From NCBI RefSeq assembly GCF_003918875.1, contig NW_025766936.1, forward strand, positions 558,001 through 622,000: DNA of 64,000 nt. The letters are read 5' to 3'. This document shows, piece after piece, positions 52,980 to 64,000 of the stretch (positions are counted from its first letter, which is position 1; the number at the start of each line of letters is the position of its first letter). This DNA is from Haliotis rubra. Its lineage: Eukaryota. A program made the position numbers and the translations under genes. Under the pieces are notes generated by a model. It worked only from the letters and a program-made list of their open reading frames with translations. It was not told the DNA's origin and searched no databases.

Positions 52980-54233
52980 TCAGAAATAAGATATCTTCAG
53001 AAAACCACACACTGTCGCTATGATGAACAGCATGAAAAACAAAAAGAAGAAAATCCTGCTCATCATTGTGCTGACTCGCTTCCAGGTCATTGGTGGTGGA
53101 TTCCATGATTCATTCGACTTCTTGTCCAGTGACAGGATCACCGTACCAACAGCAGGAGTGCCAAAGATGCATCTCTCCCAGGACCTTGTCATACGTCCCA
53201 TCCACGATGGAACAGGTCTGATGGCTTCGTCTCGATGGAACACTTGCACAATCCAGATGGTCAGGAACACGTAGAGAGAGCTCATAATAAACAGGCCAAC
53301 AAGAAAGATAGTAAACATAGGTAACGAGTCACCATTCTGTGGCAGCAGTCCAGTGACGAAGGATAGGGATACAGTGAAAGATAGCAACACTGTGATGGCA
53401 AAGGACACCTTCTCGCCAGACTCCACAGGAATGAGGAACACCACCACATTCACTAATCCCAGCACCAGGACAGGCAGGAGAGTTGTCAGAATCGCCAAAG
53501 ATGGCTTTCTCTTCAGGCTCATTTTGTAGTATACAAACGGAATACATCTGCCACTGTTTTCAAGGACAATTCTTGAAGCAGATGTGTTAGTGATATCCCA
53601 CTGGCCGTTAGAGTTAAATAAATCTAATCCTATAGAGTTATTAATCGGTCTTAAATCAACTTCTTTCAGACCATTTTTCCAATCAGACGTCATATATATA
53701 CACTCTTGTTCATCCAAAGGAAAGTTGGTAACATCCATTTGGCAGAAAGTCTTGAAGGTATCGCCAGGTGCCCAAGTCACAGTTCCTTGGGCGGTAACTT
53801 TAATGACACCAAAGTCGAGTCCTAAAGGTTTAACATTAACCACTTGGTTGCGAATTGTGATGTAAGGTCTCCAAACCTTCCCATAGTCAGGATTTATTTC
53901 ACTGACTCCTCCATACTCGCTGGCGTTCCAGGTTAGAAATTCATCTTTCCAGGAAACTAAGAAAAACCCGTTAGCTGTCACTGTTTGAGTAACTTCATCA
54001 AAGTCGGACATGCTGAGAAGGTGAAGTTCTAAAGAGATCGTGATAGTGTCACTGCTGTTCTTGACTGGTCTGACATTTGGGTTGTTGTTTCTGATGAGGT
54101 CATTGTGTAGTCGAAGTACATGGTGGTCGTCCTGACCTCTACTTGCCCCCAGGAACAACAGTAGACACAGTCCACATGTCACTACCTTGAGTTTACGCAC
54201 CCCTCGCTCTATGAACAGCCCCAACACATACAT
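52980..54233 (-). CDS. Divergent nAChR-like Cys-loop receptor subunit, copy 6 (417 aa)
   Basis: Full-length paralog. Loop B YMTSDWKNG; loop C RIVLENSGRCIPF. Confidence 0.95.
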   Translation of the reverse strand: MYVLGLFIERGVRKLKVVTCGLCLLLFLGASRGQDDHHVLRLHNDLIRNNNPNVRPVKNSSDTITISLELHLLSMSDFDEVTQTVTANGFFLVSWKDEFLTWNASEYGGVSEINPDYGKVWRPYITIRNQVVNVKPLGLDFGVIKVTAQGTVTWAPGDTFKTFCQMDVTNFPLDEQECIYMTSDWKNGLKEVDLRPINNSIGLDLFNSNGQWDITNTSASRIVLENSGRCIPFVYYKMSLKRKPSLAILTTLLPVLVLGLVNVVVFLIPVESGEKVSFAITVLLSFTVSLSFVTGLLPQNGDSLPMFTIFLVGLFIMSSLYVFLTIWIVQVFHRDEAIRPVPSWMGRMTRSWERCIFGTPAVGTVILSLDKKSNESWNPPPMTWKRVSTMMSRIFFFLFFMLFIIATVCGFLKISYF

Positions 54234-56588
54234 TCTCTGCCTTGTACTTCAGCAGCAATGTATGTATCCCGTTAGGCTGTGAGGCAGTAGTGCCATGAGT
54301 CATGGAGCAAATCCGATAAAGTGGGTTGCTTTCTGATTTGTCGTTGACTATAGCTTTTACCTGTACATTGCATAAATTGTGAACGCAATTTACCATACTG
54401 AGTCTGTTAGAGTTAATCTATCATCATCCATAATAAAATACTGTGTAATGGAGATACCGACCCAAGCAGCAACTCCAGTTGACAGCACAAAATGTTTTAG
54501 TGTACTGATCATATTGCGAAATGCGACTCATTAATAACTACAAAGAATAGCAAACAGATTTTGTTCAGTGATACATTAACGCATTGATGTCAGAATGTGT
54601 AGTATCTGACACAGCACTAACCCTTTACAAAATGTTTAAAAAATAACTGTAATTGAAAGAAGCAATTATAGATCAATAATCTGCCGCTTTCTCTTTAGTT
54701 CTAGTTCAGAGCCCACACACTGTTCGAATATTCATAAACCATGAACAATGTAATTCCACCCCCGTGTGGAGTATATCCCTGCATAACAGTCTGTTTTATG
54801 CCAGCTCTTAGAGTTTAAGTTTTCTGATCAGATAGCCTTACATGAAAATGTAATATTTGCTGCAAAATCCTTTCTAATCATAACACATCTCTGTTGAAAG
54901 AAACATTTGTTCGATGCCGACCCACCATTGATTCCAATGAAAGGTATTCCAAAATGTTGCCTTGTGCGCAAGCACTAGTACTTTACTGATGCAGTATTCT
55001 TACATAGGTCGTGATTTGTCGCTTTCACGTCTTGTGTTATCGCCTTAAGTCTTCACCTCCCTCTCGGCCACTATGGGGTCGCATATAGACCTGTGAAAGC
55101 AATGGTAAAATGTTCTCCATTCGCGTATTTAGATGCTGCTGTATATGTTTATAATTCCAAGCTTACAAGCATTGAATTCCATTATTAATTCATTTGTAAT
55201 ATTTTACAAAGGATTCCATTCCTATTGTCCAAAGAATTCTGGAGCTCTCAGAAATCTTACATGTAACTTTAAAGTGAGGAAATTCATCAAATCTTGCTGT
55301 ATTTTTAGTGTGCATCTGTGAATTTCATTATCAATATCATTCCTAAATCTACATTAAGTCCCTGCTGAAAATTCAGACAAACGAACAGGCGATAACAAAC
55401 TTGCGGTTGATTTGCGGTCATTTATAGTCATTCTCAAGTGGCCATTTATAATTTACTTTTAACTCAGCTGTTCTGCCATAGGACTCCAGGCAAAATAGAT
55501 CATACAGGGACATTGTAAGCAGGAAGATTGTAAGATGTTTTAGTCATTTTTGGTTGATGGAATTGGGCCCATTCTACCAATCGTCTATGTGAAGTCATTG
55601 TTCAACTGAATAAATTTGGGAACATATCAAAATAGTAAATTCCGTCAGACAAATTTTTTGTCACTGATGCGTCAAATTTCAAAATGTCTTTTACGTATCC
55701 TCCAAGAGAATTTTCCATAATAGCGACATTCATAGAAGAAATGTGCATACAAACAACAATATGCGGAAGAAACTCCCGGAAACTCCCTTCAAGACTTTCA
55801 GTACATTCCTAAATGCTAGACTAACCACTATCAGCCAAACATCGCTTATCAAACTATCTCTGGGTGTCTAGACAAACCCACCATAACCAACCCAGACACC
55901 AAATCTGTCATGAAATTTACAAAATGGAGGTGTGTAGTAGGAACTTACCCGCCAAAATACCTTCGGAGTTAGCTGATAGCTCGTCATCAAGTGGCAACAG
56001 AGTCTGAAGGGCTTCAGTATCCCCCAGAACGGTAACGTGCCAGACACAGGAACCGTCTCCTTTATCTGATCACCACATCTTTACTAACGAAAGGTACACA
56101 ACAGCAGACTTTGATAGCGAGTCTACAAACCGAAACAGGGTTATAATTTGACATTCCTAAAACATCAAAATGATCCTTAGGAGTAGAACTTTTTATCAAC
56201 AAACACAGAGTCTGACTTAACTGTTGGAACGATGATGTGTGAAGCACAATTATTTCCTGATGGATCATCCTGTGAATTCCTGCCCAACCAAACCTTAAGA
56301 GTGAGTGAGCAATCATCAGTCGAAGAAACTGATAGTGTAACTGATCCACTTTCTACCCATCAACATCTGTTCCAATGTTTCCATCTCTCCGTAGCAAATT
56401 CTGCAGAAGCAGAACTGTCCATCAGCAGAACTAAACCTTCATCTGTGTCAGTATGTGTCCACATGGGAACCAGCTCTGACATAAGACACAGCACTTCCAA
56501 ACTTCCATGTGATACAAATGAACAGAAACATCAGTCAGCGGATTTTGAGGTGATCGGAGTTCCAGCTTCATCTCAGGGCGGCCGACAG

Positions 56589-57331
56589 TCACATCCTATT
56601 GTGGTCTTCCTTCCACGAGCAGGACTGCCTGACAGTATAGATGTAAACACTCACATCCTATTGTGGTCTTCCTTCCACGAGCAGGACTGCCTGACAGTAT
56701 AGATGTAAACACTCACACCCTATTGTGGTCTTCCTTCCACGAGCAGGACTGCCTGACAGTATAGATGTAAACACTCACATCCTATTGTGGTCTTCCTTCC
56801 ACGAGCAGGACTGCCTGACAGTATAGATGTAAACACTCACATCCTATTGTGGTCTTCCTTCCACGAGCAGGACTGCCTGACAGTATAGATGTAAACACTC
56901 ACATCCTATTGTGGTCTTCCTTCCGAGAGCAGGACTGCCTGACAGTATTGATGTAAACACTCACACCCTATTGTGGTCTTCCTTCCACGAGCAGGACTGC
57001 CTGACAGTATTGATGTAAACACTCACACCCTATTGTGGTCTTCCTTCCACGAGCAGGACTGCCTGACAGTATAGATGTAAACACTCACATCCTATTGTGG
57101 TCTTCCTTCCACGAGCAGGACTGCCTGACAGTATAGATGTAAACACTCACATCCTATTGTGGTCTTCCTTCCACGAGCAGGACTGCCTGACAGTATAGAT
57201 GTAAACACTCACACCCTATTGTGGTCTTCCTTCCACGAGCAGGACTGCCTGACAGTATAGATGTAAACACTCACATCCTATTGTGGTCTTCCTTCCACGA
57301 GCAGGACTGCCTGACAGTATAGATGTAAACT
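56589..57331. repeat. 62-bp tandem repeat (12 copies)
   Basis: cacatcctattgtggtcttccttccacgagcaggactgcctgacagtatagatgtaaacact. Confidence 0.95.
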
Positions 57332-58013
57332 TATATAGAGTTTAAGACAGCAATGGGCTGACGAGGAGACATAATGACGCTACCTTGGAATTATTGACGT
57401 GACGGCAAACACGGCCAAGGGGATGGCCAAATAAGGTTTTGATAGTCATACACAATAATTAACGAAAGTGACAGAGTGGCACATGTGGGAAAACAAGTCA
57501 GTGTACAATGCGGTCGTGGCTACATAGTGTTATTGCCTGTGGCACTAGGACACCAGTAAGCGTCTAGAAGCCTTAACACCACAGCCTGAACAACCTAATA
57601 ATCAGAACTGCCATCAACAGGCAAGACAGAATAAACTTCTTAAGCTTCACCCCTATAATAACTATATACTCTACAACAATATGATATAATAACCCTCAGA
57701 CCATTCTAAACAGTAAGCAACCCTTTCAGAAAGTAAGAAAAACGTTCCTTCTTAAACCAAAACGTCAGTTTCAATCACATCCAAAGCATCATCATCTAAC
57801 ATTTCATCTTCAACCAGATGAATTAGCATTTTATCTTGACAGCGTAATTTCTCTTAACTGTCGAGGTCTGAATTAAAAAAGAAGGAAAATCAAGGAATCT
57901 GTGCTCAAATGAATCCAATATGAAACCAACAAACAACACATTTTACAAAAAATAACTGAATTTAGAAATTTATTTGTTTTAAATTCAATACTAATTACTA
58001 CACAGTAATGCCA

Positions 58014-61000
58014 GTGCACATTAGAGTGGAAGTACAATCACAAGGACAGTGTTATATATAACAGCTACAGGAACAGCATAAAGACGGTGATATTCACCCA
58101 ACAGACACAGTGGTCAAGACTCAGGTGTATAAGGTGCACATTAGAGTGGAAGTACAATCACAAGGACAGTGTTATATAAAACAGCTACAGGAACAGCATA
58201 AAGACGGTGATATTCACCCAACAGACACAGTGGTCAGTGCTGTATTAGGTGCACATTAGAGTGGAAGTACAATCACGAGGACAGTGTTATATAAAACAGC
58301 TTCAGTAACAGCATAAAGACGGTGATATTCACCCAACAGACACAGTGGTCAGTGGAGTATAATGTGCATATTATAGCGGAAGTACAATCACAAGGACAGT
58401 GTTATATATAACAGCTACAGTAACAGCATAAAGACAGTGATATTCACCCAACAGACACAGTGGTCAAGACTCAGGTGTATAAGGTGCATATTAGAGTGGA
58501 AGTACAATCACAAGGACAGTGTTATATATAACAGCTACAGTAACAGCATAAAGACGGTGATATTCACCCAACAGACACAGTGGTCAAGACTTAGGTGTAT
58601 AAGGTGCACATTATAGCGGAAGTACAATCACAAGGACAGTGTTATATATAACAGCTACAGCAACAGCATAAAGACGGTGATATTCACCCAACAGACACAG
58701 TGGTCAAGACTCAGGTGTATAAGGTGCACATTATAGCGGAAGTACAATCACAACGACAGTGTTATATATAACAGCTACAGGAACAGCATAAAGACGGTGA
58801 TATTAACCCAACAGACACAGTGGTCAGTGGTGTATAAGGTGCACATTATAGCGGAAGTACAATCACAAGGACAGTGTTATATAAAACAGCTACAGTAACA
58901 GCATAAAGACGGTGATATTCACCCAACAGACACAGTGGTCAAGACTCAGGTGTATAAGGTGCACATTAGAGTGGAAGTACAATCACAAGGACAGTGTTAT
59001 ATATAACAGCTTCAGTAACAGCATAAAGACATTGATATTCACCCAACAGACACAGTGGTCAGTGGTGTATAATGTGTATATTAGAGTGGAAGTACAATCA
59101 CAAGGACAGTGTTAGATAAAACAGATACAGTAACAGCATAAAGACAGTGATATTCACCCAACAGACACAGTGGTCAGTGGTGTATCAGGTGCATATTATA
59201 GCGGAAGTACAATCACAAGGACAGTGTTATATATAACAGCTACAGTAACAGCATAAAGACGGTGATATTCACCCAACAGACACAGTGGTCAAGACTCAGG
59301 TGTATAAGGTGCACATTAGAGTGGAAGTACAATCACAAGGACAGTGTTATATATAACAGCTACAGTAACAGCATAAAGACGGTGATATTCACCCAACAGA
59401 CACAGTGGTCAAGACTCAGGTGTATAAGGTGCACATTATAGCGGAAGTACAATCACAAGGACAGTGTTATATATAACAGCTACAGTAACAGCATAAAGAC
59501 GGTGATATTCACCCAACAGACACAGTGGTCAAGACTCAGGGTGTATAAGGTGCACATTATAGCGGAAGTACAATCACAAGGACAGTGTTATATATAACAG
59601 CTACAGTAACAGCATAAAGACAGTGATATTCACCCAACAGACACAGTGGTCAAGACTGGTGTATAAGGTGCACATTAGAGTGGAAGTACAATCACAAGGA
59701 CAGTGTTATATATAACAGCTACAGTAACAGCATAAAGACAGTGATATTCACCCAACAGACACAGTGGTCAAGACTCAGGTGTATAAGGTGCACATTAGAG
59801 TGGAAGTACAATCACAAGGACAGTGTTATATATAACAGCTACAGTAACAGCATAAAGACAGTGATATTCACCCAACAGACACAGTGGTCAAGACTCAGGT
59901 GTATAAGGTGCACATTAGAGTGGAAGTACAATCACAAGGACAGTGTTATATATAACAGCTACAGTAACAGCATAAAGACAGTGATATTCACCCAACAGAC
60001 ACAGTGGTCAGTGGTGTATCAGGTGCATATTATAGCGGAAGTACAATCACAAGGACAGTGTTATATATAACAGCTACAGTAACAGCATAAAGACGGTGAT
60101 ATTCACCCAGCAGACACAGTGGTCAAGACTCAGGTGTATAAGGTGCACATTAGAGTGGAAGTACAATCACAAGGACAGTGTTATATATAACAGCTACAGT
60201 AACAGCATAAAGACAGTGATATTCACCCAACAGACACAGTGGTGGTCAGTGGTGTATAAGGTGCACATTAGAGTGGAAGTACAATCACAAGGACAGTGTT
60301 ATATATAACAGCTACAGTAACAGCATAAAGACAGTGATATTCACCCAACAGACACAGTGGTCAAGACTCAGGTGTATAAGGTGCACATTAGAGTGGAAGT
60401 ACAATCACAAGGACAGTGTTATATATAACAGCTACAGTAACAGCATAAAGACAGTGATATTCACCCAACAGACACAGTGGTCAGTGGTGTATAAGGTGCA
60501 CATTAGAGTGGAAGTACAATCACAAGGACAGTGTTATATATAACAGCTACAGTAACAGCATAAAGACAGTGATATTCACCCAACAGACACAGTGGTCAGT
60601 GGTGTATAAGGTGCACATTAGAGTGGAAGTACAATCACAAGGACAGTGTTATATATAACAGCTACAGTAACAGCATAAAGACAGTGATATTCACCCAACA
60701 GACACAGTGGTCAAGACTCAGGTGTATAAGGTGCACATTAGAGTGGAAGTACAATCACAAGGACAGTGTTATATATAACAGCTACAGTAACAGCATAAAG
60801 ACAGTGATATTCACCCAACAGACACAGTGGTCAGTGGTGTATAAGGTGCACATTAGAGTGGAAGTACAATCACAAGGACAGTGTTATATAAAACAGCTAC
60901 AGTAACAGCATAAAGACAGTGATATTCACCCAACAGACACAGTGGTCAAGACTCAGGTGTATAAGGTGCACATTAGAGTGGAAGTACAATCACAAGGACA

Positions 61001-62254
61001 GTGTTATATATAACAGCTACAGTAACAGCATAAAGACAGTGATATTCACCCAACAGACACAGTGGTCAGTGGTGTATAAGGTGCACATTAGAGTGGAAGT
61101 ACAATCACAAGGACAGTGTTATATATAACAGCTACAGTAACAGCATAAAGACAGGTGATATTCACCCAACAGACACAGTGGTCAAGACTCAGGTGTATAA
61201 GGTGCACATTAGAGTGGAAGTACAATCACAAGGACAGTGTTATATATAACAGCTACAGTAACAGCATAAAGACAGTGATATTCACCCAACAGACACAGTG
61301 GTCAGTGGTGTATAAGGTGCACATTAGAGTGGAAGTACAATCACAAGGACAGTGTTATATATAACAGCTACAGTAACAGCATAAAGACAGTGATATTCAC
61401 CCAACAGACACAGTGGTCAAGACTCAGGTGTATAAGGTGCACATTATAGCGGAAGTACAATCACAAGGACAGTGTTATATATAACAGCTACAGTAACAGC
61501 ATAAAGACAGTGATATTCACCCAGCAGACACAGTGGTCAAGACTCGGGTGTATAAGGTTCACATTATAGTGGAAATACAATCACAAGGACAGTGTTATAT
61601 ATAACAGCTACAGTAACAGCATAAAGACAGTGATATTCACCCAGCAGACACAGTGGTCAGTGGTGTATAAGGTGCACATTAGAGTGGAAGTACAATCACA
61701 AGGACAGTGTTATATATAACAGCTACAGTAACAGCATAAAGACGGTGATATTCACCCAGCAGACACAGTGGTCAAGACTCAGGTGTATAAGGTGCACATT
61801 ATAGTGGAAGTACAATCACAAGGACAGTGTTATATATAACAGCTACAGTAACAGCATAAAGACAGTGATATTCACCCAACAGACACAGTGGTCAAGTGGT
61901 GTATAAGGTGCACATTAGAGTGGAAGTACAATCACAAGGACAGTGTTATATATAACAGCTACAGTAACAGCATAAAGACAGTGATATTCACCCAACAGAC
62001 ACAGTGGTCAGTGGTGTATAAGGTGCACATTAGAGTGAAAGTACAATCACAAGGACAGTGTTATATATAACAGCTACAGTAACAGCATAAAGACAGTGAT
62101 ATTCACCCAACAGACACAGTGGTCAGTGGTGTATAAGGTGCACATTAGAGTGGAAGTACAATCACAAGGACAGTGTTATATATAAGAGCTACAGTAACAG
62201 CATAAAGACGGTGATATTCACCCAACAGACACAGTGGTCAGTGGTGTATAAGGT
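58014..62254. repeat. 115/120-bp satellite (~36 copies)
   Basis: gtgcacattagagtggaagtacaatcacaaggacagtgttatatataacagc...acacagtggtca[agactca|gt]ggtgtataag, with two length variants interspersed. Confidence 0.95.
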
Positions 62255-63878
62255 AAGTATATCCAGGGCAGAACAATAACTAGCGTCCTCCCTTGTATAG
62301 TTCCTGAAACTTCCTGAGTAAACTTGATTCCAAGGCATCAAACTATAGTAACTTCTACACCCGTGCTTACTTTAGATAGCTATACATTCCTGACGAAAAA
62401 GAGTTGTTGAAACAATGTTACAAGAAAGCGGACAAGAAAACATCATAATGCCTTTATTACAATTTCAAACAAATTAAAAGTAGATTAAGACAGTTTTCCT
62501 TTAATATTTGAGTTCATATGAACAATGCTGGTTTCAGTTCATTCCCCATTTTACACCATTCCCAATTTTACTACTATGTCTATATATCATGTACACGGAA
62601 AGTGTAAACAGTCCATCAGGCCACATTGTCTCCAAGATCATGCATGCAACGAACTGAGAAGTAGGCACCTTACATGATTGCAGTAATCCGTCTGACTAAA
62701 GGCAGGCATGTCAGTTTTATAAAAGCGGACAAGTAAGGTCTTATCGATAATTTGAACATAAAGAAAACCAAATATGACATGTTGCAGACAATAGCTTAAA
62801 ACGAATACAGAAATGTCCTTACTTTGTACTTCATTTGCTCGTAGAATTTCAGAAAGCTTTTACAGAATGGTATTGTTAATTATAAATTGAATTTTATCAA
62901 AAATACAACAATTGCAAATTGTCATTGAGAATGTTATATGAACACAGACACATTCACAAGGAACAATATTTTGCTGGCTGAAATCAGCTGTTGCAGGCAA
63001 GGCGCAAGTCATTCAGCATTCCACCACACGGACTGTTTCCTTGTCTCCCTCTGAATGTTGTGAAAAATTCTCTATCACGTTTTTGACTTTAGGAATTATA
63101 TTAAAAACGCTTAATAATTTCCTATACAATTAAACCCTCATATATGAATCCAGACGTTTCAAAGAAGCATCAGGTAAAGAACTCATACTGAATATTTATA
63201 GAAACAATGCAATACAGTGACAATATTATTTAACAGTTCTTACATTTCCGCATAACAAACGGTATTTTATAGTTAACTTTCACACTTTGATGATATAGAA
63301 CATCCTTGTGTTGGGATAGTTTAACCTGTATCCTCGTAGGGTTCCATACCGACGTTCACTGAATGGAATGTTCATCCAGAAATTTGTTTTGGCCAAGATC
63401 ACTCATACAATGTACACATAACGACAATACAAAATGATTTTATAGAACTCTCGAGGTGTATTCAGGACGATCCGGTACAGTGGTTTCCATCACCACTACC
63501 AGTAAAGCACACACATTACTTTACACTGTGTATATTGTACAGCACTGATACTGTTTAGCCAACTTGACGATAAATTCAAATATGTCAACATCAGCGCCAC
63601 ATGGGATCCGTGATATTATTGATCAGTGCGCTGACGTTGTTAATTGCGCAGAGTACTAGTGTGGGCAAACATTTTGTTAAATGTATTTCACAATGTGTTT
63701 TATCATGTGGAGCTAAACCAAAGGTATAGAATGACGCACATGATCATTTCCATTATGCCATCAGGGTACCTGGTTATAAACTGTTATGGTGTAGCGGTAA
63801 GCAGTTTCACCGTATCACTCTGCACTGTCGTGATTCCTATTGGTGGATGCATATTTCTGTTGAAGTACAAGACAGAGA

Positions 63879-64000
63879 ATGTATGTGCTGAGGCTGTTCA
63901 CAGAGCGAGGGGTGCGCCACCTCAATGTAGTGACATGTGGACTGTGTCTACTGTTGTTTCTGAAGGCGAGCAGAGGTCAGGACGATCACCATGTACTTCG
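63879..64000 (+). CDS. nAChR-like copy 7, N-terminus (inverted orientation, runs off the window)
   Basis: ATG at 63879 translates MYVLRLFTERGVRHLNVVTCGLCLLLFLKASRGQDDHHVL(R), matching the paralog signal peptides. Same leader tgttgaagtacaag.cagag.ATG. Intactness cannot be seen. Confidence 0.85.
   Translation, partial: MYVLRLFTERGVRHLNVVTCGLCLLLFLKASRGQDDHHVL

Noticed and set aside
55945-56702. 156-aa and 95-aa ORFs and an exon-like segment ending in a minus-strand GTAAGT donor (~55945)
   Set aside because: No recognisable domain, stops in candidate frames, and one ORF runs into the 62-bp repeat. Possibly a decayed TE gene but unsupported.
58912-62070. Repeated ORFs MIFTQQTQWSRLRCIRC...
   Set aside because: By-product of the 120-bp unit being a multiple of 3; the 115-bp variants break the frame repeatedly.

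Overview
Eukaryotic, AT-rich genomic DNA, most likely a mollusc. The SINE families look like those I recall from abalone (Haliotis), but that assignment is inference. The window is dominated by a tandem array of Cys-loop (nicotinic acetylcholine receptor-like) ligand-gated ion channel genes with uninterrupted coding sequences. There are five intact minus-strand copies (413-418 aa), one 5'-deleted and frameshifted pseudogene, and the start of a seventh, inverted copy at the window end that the ORF track misses. All complete copies keep the Cys-loop, four TM helices and a cation-type GEK/M2. All have lost the loop C vicinal cysteines and much of the acetylcholine aromatic cage, and paralog differences cluster in ligand-binding loops A/B/C/F. 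This parallels cephalopod chemotactile receptors and makes the array a candidate gastropod chemosensory receptor cluster. Each gene sits in a duplicated 3.5-13 kb unit. Four units carry a 35-bp hairpin satellite upstream of the gene, with unit-specific variants, and several minisatellites have expanded from sequence that is single-copy in sister units. Lineage-specific insertions (Rex1/Babar-like LINE, R4/Dong-like remnant, SINEs, a TA-MITE, a Kolobok-like element) let the duplication history be reconstructed. The flanks hold an RNase H-bearing LINE remnant, a Tc1 remnant and 47-, 62- and 115/120-bp tandem repeats.
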